A DNA stretch of 64,000 bases from Actinomycetes bacterium (GTDB taxonomy: Bacteria; Actinomycetota; Coriobacteriia; Coriobacteriales; UBA8131). This document shows positions 27,463 through 36,039 of the stretch, in pieces. The position numbers and the translations under genes are program-made. Position 1 is the first letter of the stretch, and each line of letters opens with the position of its first letter. The stretch lies in assembly GCA_009787085.1 (NCBI GenBank), contig WRGR01000044.1, positions 81,017 to 145,016 on the forward strand, given 5' to 3'. Below the pieces are notes generated by a model. That model saw only the letters and a program-made list of their open reading frames with translations, had not been told where the DNA came from and ran no database searches.

Positions 27463-28073
27463 CAGAGCAGCTTCTCTGCAGTCCGCTGCCGATACCAGTC
27501 ATCGACCTGTGAGCGCAATTCGGCCAGGCTGCCGGAATTGTCAAGAACCGTGTTGGCTATTTGCTGGCGCTGCTCGTCAGTCGCCTGCAAGGCAATACGT
27601 GCCGAAGCATCTGCCGCAGACATGCCACGGGCCTGGGCGCGCTGTATCCGCAGCGCCTCGGGTGCTGTGACCGCAACTACCTCATCAGCCAGGCCCATCT
27701 GTACTCCGGACTCTACCAGCAGGGGTATCTGCACCACAACCATGCTGCCGGAAACTATCGGCTGACAGCTACCACCAACCAACAGTTCGCTTAAGCGCTC
27801 GAAAACCGGTGGCCAGCAGATGGTATTGAGGCGGGCAGCAGACTCTGGGGTGAAGAATGCCCGTTCGGCCAGAATATCCCGTCTCAGGCTACCGTCAGCC
27901 GCAACGATGTCGGAGCCAAAAGCCTGCTTCAACTCGGCCAGCACACTGTCGGTTTCCTGCGTCTCTTTGGCAATGGCATCCAAATCGACAAGGGTGGCAC
28001 CCTTCTCGGCCAGCCATCCGGCAACTGTGCTTTTCCCTGAAGCCAAGCCGCCGGTCAAAAACACCACATACAC
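27462..28073 (-). CDS. coaE: dephospho-CoA kinase
   Basis: 203 aa starting [16 protein letters not shown]. Its stop overlaps the uvrB start. Confidence 0.9.
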
Positions 28074-28202
28074 TGTCGGTTCTCCTTTGCCGCCAAGGTT
28101 TCCGCATTCCTCACACTATGCTACAATACCGTCCGCGCTTTTTTCAGCAGCAAACGCTTTTGCGTGTGACACGGCGGTAACGCAAAGCGTATTGCGTAGG
28201 TT

Positions 28203-28286
28203 GCCCGGGTGGCGGAATGGCAGACGCGGAGGTCTCAAAAACCTTTGTCGAGAGACGTGTGGGTTCGACTCCCACCCCGGGCACCA
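28203..28286 (+). tRNA. tRNA-Leu (anticodon CAA), long variable arm, CCA encoded
   Basis: GCCCGGGTGGCGGAATGGCAGACGCGGAGGTCTCAAAAACCTTTGTCGAGAGACGTGTGGGTTCGACTCCCACCCCGGGCACCA, a type II tRNA. Confidence 0.9.
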
Positions 28287-28325
28287 TAGTAAAACTACAG
28301 AATTGAGGTAATTCTGGTTGTGCGG

Positions 28326-28354
28326 TGCCCCATGTAGCGTGGGGCATTTGTGTT
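28326..28354 (+). terminator. hairpin with T-rich tail downstream of tRNA-Leu
   Basis: Stem tgcccca / tggggca, 7-nt loop, followed by tttgtgtt. Confidence 0.45.
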
Positions 28355-28400
28355 CGCCTAATTATCGGCTGGAGCAACCATAGCCTTCCTGCCGCCAACA

Positions 28401-28441
28401 AAAGCCACCTCGCCTGCTGGCGAGGTGGCTTTCTTTTTTTC
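28401..28441 (+). terminator. strong rho-independent terminator, probably bidirectional
   Basis: 14-bp stem aaagccacctcgcc / ggcgaggtggcttt, 4-nt loop, then cttttttt. On the minus strand it is preceded by an A-run and followed by ttttgtt, so it could also serve the membrane-protein gene ending at 28465. Confidence 0.7.
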
Positions 28442-28464
28442 TAGGCTATGTTAACGCTTTGCCT

Positions 28465-28926
28465 TTACACGGTTCCTGGATAATTCCGGCTTGGCTTGCC
28501 CTTGCTGGGATCGAAAGTAGAGCTGCCCAAGCCGATTATACCTAGCCAGACAATGGGCAAGAAAATATATAGCACTACCCAAACGTCCTCTTTGTGGAAC
28601 TTCTGGCCGATATTATAGGCCGCGATAGCCATGAAGACATACGCAGCTACTGAGCATATCCAGCCGATAACGGGAATCCATGCCAGCAATATCGCCAAAA
28701 TCAGCCATCCTGGTTGGCCACCAAGCTCCAAGAACTTCCATTGGGCAAAAAACGGCACCCAAGCCCACCAAGTGGGTAGCCCGGCTTTCTGAAAAATGCG
28801 GCTTAGGAAAAAAGCCGCAACACAGTACACCGCCAAGGCGACCACAACCCCGAAAATACCGGCCGTGAGCAAAATGGCTATTGCTTGTTGATCCACCATT
28901 GATACATCATCCTCCTTGAAATCCAC
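28465..28926 (-). CDS. small polytopic membrane protein (DUF5684-like)
   Basis: 153 aa with 4 predicted hydrophobic helices. The motif SRIFQKAGLPTWWAWVPF resembles the DUF5684 family from memory. Confidence 0.55.
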   Translation of the reverse strand: MDFKEDDVSMVDQQAIAILLTAGIFGVVVALAVYCVAAFFLSRIFQKAGLPTWWAWVPFFAQWKFLELGGQPGWLILAILLAWIPVIGWICSVAAYVFMAIAAYNIGQKFHKEDVWVVLYIFLPIVWLGIIGLGSSTFDPSKGKPSRNYPGTV

Positions 28927-29261
28927 ACACCATCATCATTGTCACATACGATCACGAATACCTTACGGCATTATAACATTGGAAAGACCTTTGGTAGTAG
29001 ACCGGGCAAGAAAATTGCAGATTTTTCATAACAGGCATTCGTAGCCAAGGATCGTAGCCAAGGAGGAAGATTGCAAACCAAGCCAGTAATGGCAAATATC
29101 TGAAAATAGCTATGGACAAGCTCTTGGTCTTAAAATATAATACATATATTCCTTATATGTTTTTGTGCTTCATGGATCATCTGTCTTAACAACGCTGCAC
29201 GAAGGGCTTTAGGAGGTTTGCTATGCGAATGCGCTGAGGGAAGAACTCGGAGGGGCCACCG

Positions 29262-29336
29262 ATGTTTCCCGAATGTTTGACCGTATGTTTTATCAGATTC
29301 ACTAGAGACTGTACTGAAAGGAAAACACCGATATGA
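29262..29336 (+). promoter_or_regulatory. SD-preceded 24-codon upstream ORF (MFPECLTVCFIRFTRDCTERKTPI) coupled to cysP by an ATGA overlap
   Basis: GGAGGGG lies 6 nt before the ATG at 29262. There are three TGT Cys codons. The stop TGA (29334-29336) overlaps the cysP ATG (29333-29335). Confidence 0.35.
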
Positions 29337-30376
29337 AATCCAGTATCAGGAGATTCTTGACCTTAGCACTCTGCACGATTACTGCGATAAGCTTGCTAGC
29401 CGGCTGCTCAAATGCCGGAAGCACGGACGCTGAGACAACTGCCAAGACCGTTTCAATTACCAATGTCTCCTATGACCCGACCCGTGAGCTTTTCGAGCAG
29501 TACAACAAGCTATTCGCCGACTATTGGCTGCAAAAGACCGGGCAGACCGTGGAGGTATCCCAATCCCATGGCGGCTCAGGCTCCCAAGCCCGCTCAGTTT
29601 TGGAGGGCAACGAGGCCGATGTGGTCACATTGGCACTGGCTGGCGATGTCAATATGTTGGCCAAGGCCGGCCTGATCGACGGCGGCTGGATAGACGAGTT
29701 CGACAAGAGCAGCTCCCCCTACACATCCACCATCGTCTTCTTAGTGCGCAAAGGCAACCCCAAGGGCATCAAAGACTGGGACGATCTCGTAAAGCCAGAC
29801 ATTCAGGTCATCACCCCCGACCCGAAGAGCTCCGGCGGTGCCCGCTGGAACTTCCTAGCGGCCTGGGCATATGCCGACAAGCTCTACAAGGGCGACGAGG
29901 TGAAGGACAAGGAGTTTTTGCGGCAGCTCTATGCCAATGTCACTGTCTTGGACTCCGGTGCCCGCGGTTCTACCACCACCTTTGTGGAGAACGGCCAAGG
30001 TGATGTTTTATTGGCTTGGGAGAACGAAGCATTCTTGTCGTTGAAGGAGCATCCGGACGATTTCGAGATCGTCATCCCCTCCATCAGTATCCTGGCGCAA
30101 CCCTCTGTGGCCGTGGTCGACGCCAATGCCAGAAAGCATGGCACAGAGGATGTGTCCAAAGCCTATCTTGAGTACCTCTATTCCGACGATGCCCAGCGTT
30201 TGGAGGGCAAAAACTTCTACCGGCCATCAAACCCGGACATCCTCAAAGAGTTCAGCGATACCTTCGACTTGAGCATCGAGCTGGTGAACATCGACGATAG
30301 CTTCGACGGCTGGGATGCGGCAACTGCCAAGTTCTTCGCTGATGGGGCGATCTTCGACCAGATCTACAAGAAGTAG
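29333..30376 (+). CDS. cysP: sulfate/thiosulfate ABC transporter substrate-binding lipoprotein
   Basis: 347 aa with signal plus lipobox LLAGCS. NVSYDPTRELFEQYN..SQSHGGSGSQARSV..EADVVTLALAGDV closely matches Sbp/CysP. Confidence 0.9.
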   Translation: MKSSIRRFLTLALCTITAISLLAGCSNAGSTDAETTAKTVSITNVSYDPTRELFEQYNKLFADYWLQKTGQTVEVSQSHGGSGSQARSVLEGNEADVVTLALAGDVNMLAKAGLIDGGWIDEFDKSSSPYTSTIVFLVRKGNPKGIKDWDDLVKPDIQVITPDPKSSGGARWNFLAAWAYADKLYKGDEVKDKEFLRQLYANVTVLDSGARGSTTTFVENGQGDVLLAWENEAFLSLKEHPDDFEIVIPSISILAQPSVAVVDANARKHGTEDVSKAYLEYLYSDDAQRLEGKNFYRPSNPDILKEFSDTFDLSIELVNIDDSFDGWDAATAKFFADGAIFDQIYKK

Positions 30377-30410
30377 AATCCAGCCGACCAGAGGACGAGA
30401 GGGTGAGCAG

Positions 30411-31262
30411 ATGCCCGGCCTGATGCGCATATTTAAACGGCGCAAGAATAACGTGATCCCCGGCTTCGGCCTGTCAATGGGAATTACGCTGACCATGCTC
30501 AGCCTGGTTGTGCTTATCCCTCTTGCCTCCGTGCTGCTGATTCTCAGTGACTACACTTTTGCACAGTTCTGGCAGGTGATAACAGATCCCAAGACTATAT
30601 CCACTTATCGGGTTAGCCTTGGCTGTGCCGCAATAGCTGCCTTGATCAATGTAGTTTTCGGGGTACTGTTGGCTTGGGTTTTGACCCGCTACAAATTCCC
30701 AGGCAGACGCATTCTGGACAGTTTGATCGAGCTGCCTTTCGCCCTGCCCACTGCTGTGGCTGGCATCGCCCTGACCACGCTTTACTCCGATAAGGGCTGG
30801 ATCGGCAGCCTGTTCGAGAAGATCGGCGTGAAGATCTCCTACACCACCGTCGGCATCACCATCGCCCTGATCTTCATTGGCATCCCCTTTGTGGTGCGCT
30901 CTATTCAGCCGGTGCTAGAGAGCCTTGACGCTGGTTATGAAGAGGCGGCATCCATCCTCGGAGCCAGCAAGGCCCGCATCTTCTTCCGCGTCGTCTTCCC
31001 AGAGATACTGCCGGCCGCCATGACTGGTTTTGCCCTAGCATTGGCCAGAGGCATCGGCGAGTACGGCAGCGTGGTGTTTATCGCCGGCAATATCCCTTAT
31101 GAGACGCAGATCACACCGCTGATTATCATGAACTTCCTAGAACAGTTCAACTATCCGGCAGCCACTTCAATTGCCTTGGTGATGATCGTCTTCTCGTTCG
31201 TCGTGCTGTTCGGGATCAACATCCTGCAGAGCAAGGTGAACAAGGTCGCCCGGGGGAGCTGA
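30411..31262 (+). CDS. cysT: sulfate ABC transporter permease
   Basis: Start taken at MPGLMRIF, after GAGGG (the ORF track extends upstream to 30315). Has the EAA-type loop EEAASILGASK. Confidence 0.9.
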   Translation: MPGLMRIFKRRKNNVIPGFGLSMGITLTMLSLVVLIPLASVLLILSDYTFAQFWQVITDPKTISTYRVSLGCAAIAALINVVFGVLLAWVLTRYKFPGRRILDSLIELPFALPTAVAGIALTTLYSDKGWIGSLFEKIGVKISYTTVGITIALIFIGIPFVVRSIQPVLESLDAGYEEAASILGASKARIFFRVVFPEILPAAMTGFALALARGIGEYGSVVFIAGNIPYETQITPLIIMNFLEQFNYPAATSIALVMIVFSFVVLFGINILQSKVNKVARGS

Positions 31263-31265
31263 GGC

Positions 31266-32075
31266 ATGCGCACAAAAGTAACCAAAGTCATTTTGATCAT
31301 CTTGGGCGGGCTGTTCATTGCCTCGATGCTGATCATGCCCTTGACCACTGTGTTGGTCTATGCCCTGCGTCAGGGACTAACCGTATTCACCTCGGCTATC
31401 ACCGATGACTACGCCATCAAAGCCCTGCAGCTGACCTTGTTGACCTGCTGTATCACTTTGCTGATAAACACCTTCTTCGGCGTGTTTGCGGCCTGGACCA
31501 TTACCAAGTTCCGCTTTCGGGGACGGCAGGTGCTGACCACGCTGATCGACATCCCCTTCTCCATCTCACCGGTAATAGCCGGCCTAGTTTTCATCTTGGT
31601 CTTCGGGCGCATTGGCTGGGCATACCCGTTGGTGGAGTCTTTGGACATCAATGTGGTGTTCGCCGTACCGGGAATTATACTTGCCACTACATTTGTCACC
31701 TTCCCTTTTGTCTCCCGCGAGCTTATCCCAGTGATGCAAGCCCAGGGCCGTGAGGAAGAAGAAGCAGCGGCTTTGATGGGTGCGAGAGGACTGCGGATCT
31801 TCCGCAAGGTCACTTTCCCGCACATCAAGTGGGGGCTGCTTTATGGGGTGATACTCTGCTCCGCCCGGGCGTTGGGCGAGTTCGGTGCAGTGTCGGTGGT
31901 TTCCGGCCATTTGCGGGGTAAGACCAACACTTTGCCGCTACATGTAGAGATACTCTTCAATGAGTTCAAAGTAACGGCCGCGTTTGCTGTGGCCTCGGTG
32001 CTGGTGGTTATCGCCGTCATCGTTTTGATCCTGCGCAATATCGTCGAATACCGGCTAAAGCGGGAGAAAGGCTAG
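31266..32075 (+). CDS. cysW: sulfate ABC transporter permease
   Basis: 269 aa with 6 TM helices and the EAA loop EEEAAALMGARGLRIF. Confidence 0.9.
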   Translation: MRTKVTKVILIILGGLFIASMLIMPLTTVLVYALRQGLTVFTSAITDDYAIKALQLTLLTCCITLLINTFFGVFAAWTITKFRFRGRQVLTTLIDIPFSISPVIAGLVFILVFGRIGWAYPLVESLDINVVFAVPGIILATTFVTFPFVSRELIPVMQAQGREEEEAAALMGARGLRIFRKVTFPHIKWGLLYGVILCSARALGEFGAVSVVSGHLRGKTNTLPLHVEILFNEFKVTAAFAVASVLVVIAVIVLILRNIVEYRLKREKG

Positions 32076-32077
32076 TC

Positions 32078-33136
32078 ATGTATGTCGAACTGAGAAATTT
32101 GAACAAGCAGTTCAATGGCTTTAAGGCCGCCGACAATGTCAGCTTCGGCATTGAGAGGGGCCATCTAGCCGGACTGCTTGGTCCATCCGGCAGTGGCAAG
32201 ACTACCATCCTGCGGATGCTGGCTGGGCTGGAGACTCCTGATTCCGGGGACATCCTGATCGATGGGAAAAGGGTCAACGACATTCCGGCTGCCCGACGCG
32301 GCATCGGCTTTGTTTTTCAAGACTATGCCCTCTTCCGCTATATGACGGTGTTCGGCAACATTGCCTTCGGTTTGACAGTGCAGAAAAAAGAGAAACGCTT
32401 CATCCAAGCCCGGGTGACCGAACTGATCAAGTTGATCGGCTTAGAGGGGCTGGAGAGGCGCCGACCGCACCAGCTTTCCGGCGGCCAGAAACAGCGAGTG
32501 GCCTTTGCCCGGGCGCTGGCACCCAACCCCCAGCTGCTGCTGTTGGACGAGCCCTTTGCGGCCATCGATGCCAAAGTACGCAAGGACCTGCGCTCTTGGC
32601 TGCGAGAAACCATTAACAAGGTTGGCGTGACCAGTATCTTCGTCACCCATGACCAGGATGAGGCAGTAGAGGTGGCAGACGAGATCGTCATCACCAACAG
32701 CGGTCGGATAGAACAGGTCGGCACACCGACGGATATCTACAAAAACCCGCAGACCCCCTTTGCCGCCGGCTTTATCGGCGAGTCCATTGTTGTCTCGGAC
32801 TATGGCCGTCTGCATGGTTTCCAAGCAACCGACGGCTTCGACCAAGCGGTGCTGCGCCCAGAATTCGTGCGAGCAGTGAAGCTTGAGAAAGAGGTCTTCC
32901 CCCATGCCTCCCAGCACGGGACAGTGCAGGAGGTCTACTTCCGGGGCAACGCCTTAGAGCTGCGCATCAACTTGGGCGGGCAGGTGGTCACCAGCCATCA
33001 GTCTTTGGAGGAAGAGGCCTTCAAAGTGGGAGAAGAAGTCAGCGTACTGATCTACCGGCTATACCTTTTGGGTCGCGACAGCGTTCGCCTGATGGAGAAC
33101 GCCTCCATTAAAAGCGATGGGAGCTTCTTTATCTGA
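32078..33136 (+). CDS. cysA: sulfate ABC transporter ATPase
   Basis: 352 aa with GPSGSGKTT, LSGGQKQRVAFARAL, LLLDEP and a C-terminal TOBE-like domain. Confidence 0.9.
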   Translation: MYVELRNLNKQFNGFKAADNVSFGIERGHLAGLLGPSGSGKTTILRMLAGLETPDSGDILIDGKRVNDIPAARRGIGFVFQDYALFRYMTVFGNIAFGLTVQKKEKRFIQARVTELIKLIGLEGLERRRPHQLSGGQKQRVAFARALAPNPQLLLLDEPFAAIDAKVRKDLRSWLRETINKVGVTSIFVTHDQDEAVEVADEIVITNSGRIEQVGTPTDIYKNPQTPFAAGFIGESIVVSDYGRLHGFQATDGFDQAVLRPEFVRAVKLEKEVFPHASQHGTVQEVYFRGNALELRINLGGQVVTSHQSLEEEAFKVGEEVSVLIYRLYLLGRDSVRLMENASIKSDGSFFI

Positions 33137-34824
33137 TGGAACTCAAAGTCGAGCATATCGAAACCGATTTCTTGGTTTTAGGTGGCGGTACTGCCGGCTG
33201 CTATGCCGCACTGACCTTCAGCGCCCGCTCGGCGGCCAAGGTGCTGATAGCCGAGAAGGCCAATATCAAGCGCAGCGGCTGCTTGGCGGCAGGGGTCAAC
33301 GCCCTCAACGCCTATATAACTACCGGCCACACGCCCCAGGACTATGTCGACTATGCCCGCACCGACGCTGCTGGCATCGTTCGTGGCGACTTGCTGATCA
33401 GCATGTCCCGTGGCCTGAACCGGGCAGCCCAGCGCTTGGAAGAGATCGGCCTGACCATCCAAAAGAACCCAGACGGCAGCTACATGGCTCGTGGCGAACG
33501 GAACATCAAGATCAACGGCGAGAACATCAAGCCCCTGTTGGCGGCAGCAGTTGCCAAGCCGCAGGTCACAGTGTTGGAACGGGTGGCCGCCTGCAGCTAC
33601 ATCATGGGGGCGGACAAGCGGGTGGCCGGTGCTTACCTGGTAGGAGTGGACGATCCAGTTCTCTATGTCATCAGCGCCCGCGCCGTGCTTTGTGCCACTG
33701 GCGGTGCTGCCGGGCTTTACCGTCCGAACAACCCGGGCTTCTCTGGCCATAAGATGTGGTACCCGCCCTTCAATACCGGGGCCGGCTTAGCCATGGGTAT
33801 CCAGGCCGGTGCCGAGATGACCTCCCTGGAGATGCGCTTCGTCGCCTTGCGCTGCAAAGACACCATTGCCCCCACCGGCACACTGGCACAGGGGATGGGG
33901 GCTAGACAGATCAACTCACTTGGCCGAGTTTATGAGCAAGACTATGGCCTCTCGACCTCAGCACGCCTGTATGGGACGATAACCGAGAACTTGGAGGGAC
34001 GCGGCCCTTGTTTTCTCCGCACAGTCGGAGCCACTTCGGAGCAGGATGCCGAGATCGAGAAGGCCTATCTGAACATGGCACCGTCGCAGACCCTGCGCTG
34101 GCTGGAGAGCGGATTGCCGCCCAGCCAGAAGAACGTGGAGATCGAGGGTACTGAACCCTATATTGTCGGCGGCCATACCGCGTCCGGCTATTGGGTGGAC
34201 ACCCATCGCGAAACCACGCTTAAATGCCTGTTTGCTGCTGGTGATGTGGCCGGCGGCTGTCCGCAAAAATATGTCACCGGTGCCTTGGCAGAAGCCGAGA
34301 TAGCCACCGAAGCGGCAATCAGCTACATGTCAGATGAGCTGAAACAAACAGATATCGAGCAAACACAGAGGATCAAGGTTTGGCTGGAGTCGCATCTGAT
34401 GCGCACGATGCCTGAAACTGGCGACACTGTTGACGGCTTGGAAGAAGAGATGCAGGCCCTAATGGATGAGCAGGCCGGAGGGATTACCAGCAATTATCAA
34501 TATTCACAAGCATCGCTGGAACAGGCGGCAGCGGGTATCTACAGTTTGAGCAAACGTGCCAAGGCACTTTCGGTACCAGACATGCCGGAGCTGACCTATC
34601 TCTTGGAGCTGCGCGAGCGTTTGATCGTCTGTCGCTCTTTGCTTGCCCACCTTGCTGCCCGCAAAGAGAGCCGTTGGCCGGGCTTTGCAAAACATGCCGA
34701 CTACCCCGAACAAGATGACAGTTTTCGGTGCTATGTCAATTCCAAACTGGAAGACGGTAAGGTCAAGGTGCTGTTTAGAGACTTAGTGGAGGAAGGTGAG
34801 GTTTATGAGCATCATGATCGATGA
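33136..34824 (+). CDS. aprA: adenylylsulfate (APS) reductase alpha-subunit-like flavoprotein
   Basis: 562 aa with FAD fold DFLVLGGGTAGCYAA. Overall resembles the AprA branch of the fumarate reductase/succinate dehydrogenase flavoprotein family. Context: between cysA and cysDN, followed by a small 2x[4Fe-4S] protein. Confidence 0.7.
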   Translation: MELKVEHIETDFLVLGGGTAGCYAALTFSARSAAKVLIAEKANIKRSGCLAAGVNALNAYITTGHTPQDYVDYARTDAAGIVRGDLLISMSRGLNRAAQRLEEIGLTIQKNPDGSYMARGERNIKINGENIKPLLAAAVAKPQVTVLERVAACSYIMGADKRVAGAYLVGVDDPVLYVISARAVLCATGGAAGLYRPNNPGFSGHKMWYPPFNTGAGLAMGIQAGAEMTSLEMRFVALRCKDTIAPTGTLAQGMGARQINSLGRVYEQDYGLSTSARLYGTITENLEGRGPCFLRTVGATSEQDAEIEKAYLNMAPSQTLRWLESGLPPSQKNVEIEGTEPYIVGGHTASGYWVDTHRETTLKCLFAAGDVAGGCPQKYVTGALAEAEIATEAAISYMSDELKQTDIEQTQRIKVWLESHLMRTMPETGDTVDGLEEEMQALMDEQAGGITSNYQYSQASLEQAAAGIYSLSKRAKALSVPDMPELTYLLELRERLIVCRSLLAHLAARKESRWPGFAKHADYPEQDDSFRCYVNSKLEDGKVKVLFRDLVEEGEVYEHHDR

Positions 34825-35119
34825 TGCCGCATGCAGGGGCTGTGGCAGATGCACTGCAGTTTGCCCCGGCAGCCTAATAAGCCTGAACAAAAACGGGAAG
34901 GCCTGGATACGCCGTCCGCAACGTTGCTGGGGATGCGCTTCTTGTGCCAAGGAATGCCCAGTTGAGGCTATCGCCCTCTACCTTGGTGCAGACATCGGTG
35001 GTGCGGGCGGGCGGATGACCGTGGCACAGGAAGGCTCCCAGCTGACTTGGACGCTACGGATGCCTGACGGCTGCGAGCAAAGCATCGTGGTCAACCTTCA
35101 AGATGCCAACAGCTATTGA
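34805..35119 (+). CDS. aprB: AprB-like small ferredoxin subunit
   Basis: 104 aa from the ATG at 34805 (MSIMIDD), with CRGCGRCTAVCP and CWGCASCAKECP. Overlaps aprA-like by 20 nt. Confidence 0.6.
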   Translation: MSIMIDDAACRGCGRCTAVCPGSLISLNKNGKAWIRRPQRCWGCASCAKECPVEAIALYLGADIGGAGGRMTVAQEGSQLTWTLRMPDGCEQSIVVNLQDANSY

Positions 35120-35142
35120 GCAGCTGCTGAGGAGACTAGCGA

Positions 35143-36039
35143 ATGTCGATGACACATTTAGACCGGCTGGAGGCTGAGGCCATCTATATCTTCCGTGAGG
35201 TCGCCGCCGAATGCGAGCGGCCAGTGATGCTTTACTCCATCGGCAAAGACAGCTCGGTGATGCTGCATTTGGCATTAAAGGCCTTTTATCCCGAAAAACC
35301 GCCCTTCCCTTTCTTGCATATCGATACCAGCTGGAAGTTCAAAGAGATGATCGCCTTCCGCGACCGCCGCGCCCAAGAGCTGGGTATCCGGATGCTGGTA
35401 TACCGCAACGAGAAGGCTTTGGCCGAAGGCATCAACCCCTTTGACCATGGAGCGGCCTACACCGATATCGTCAAAACCCAAGCCCTGAAGGATGCTCTCA
35501 CCGAGTACGGCTTCACAGCGGCATTCGGCGGCGGTCGCCGGGACGAGGAGAAGTCCCGTGCCAAAGAGCGGATATTCTCTTTCCGCAGCGCCAGCCATGC
35601 TTGGGATCCCAAAAACCAGCGTCCCGAAATGTGGAAGCTCTACAACACGCGCATCAACAAGGGCGAGAGTATGCGGGTCTTCCCCATCTCCAACTGGACA
35701 GAGGCAGATATCTGGCAGTATATCCGGCGCGAAGACATCCCTATTGTGCCACTTTACTTTGCGGCCGTCCGCCCAGTAGTGGAGCGCGACGGCAACATTA
35801 TCATGGTCGACGACGAGCGGTGCCGCCTTAGACCCGGAGAAACACCGCAGCTGGAGAAAGTGCGCTTCCGTACCTTGGGCTGTTATCCTTTGACTGGTGG
35901 GGTGAGGAGCGAGGCTGATACTTTGGACGCGGTGATCTCCGAAACCTTGGCCGCAGTGACCAGCGAGCGAACCAGCCGAGTGATCGATAACGAAGCATCA
36001 GGCAGCATGGAGCGCCGCAAACGGGAGGGCTACTTTTAA
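35143..36039 (+). CDS. cysD: sulfate adenylyltransferase subunit 2
   Basis: 298 aa with [24 protein letters not shown] (PP-loop) and [12 protein letters not shown]. Confidence 0.92.
   Translation: MSMTHLDRLEAEAIYIFREVAAECERPVMLYSIGKDSSVMLHLALKAFYPEKPPFPFLHIDTSWKFKEMIAFRDRRAQELGIRMLVYRNEKALAEGINPFDHGAAYTDIVKTQALKDALTEYGFTAAFGGGRRDEEKSRAKERIFSFRSASHAWDPKNQRPEMWKLYNTRINKGESMRVFPISNWTEADIWQYIRREDIPIVPLYFAAVRPVVERDGNIIMVDDERCRLRPGETPQLEKVRFRTLGCYPLTGGVRSEADTLDAVISETLAAVTSERTSRVIDNEASGSMERRKREGYF

Noticed and set aside
28927-29332. A SAM (S-box, SAM-IV or SAM-VI) riboswitch or a Met/Cys T-box in the long cysP leader. Likewise a T-box upstream of the MetRS-like gene (44837-44977).
   Set aside because: I could not find the conserved cores as I remember them: no S-box GAGGGA..GCCC..GCAACC pattern in proper context, and no T-box GGGTGGTACCGCG. 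The MetRS-like leader is only about 140 nt. A covariance-model scan (Rfam/Infernal) would be the decisive check.
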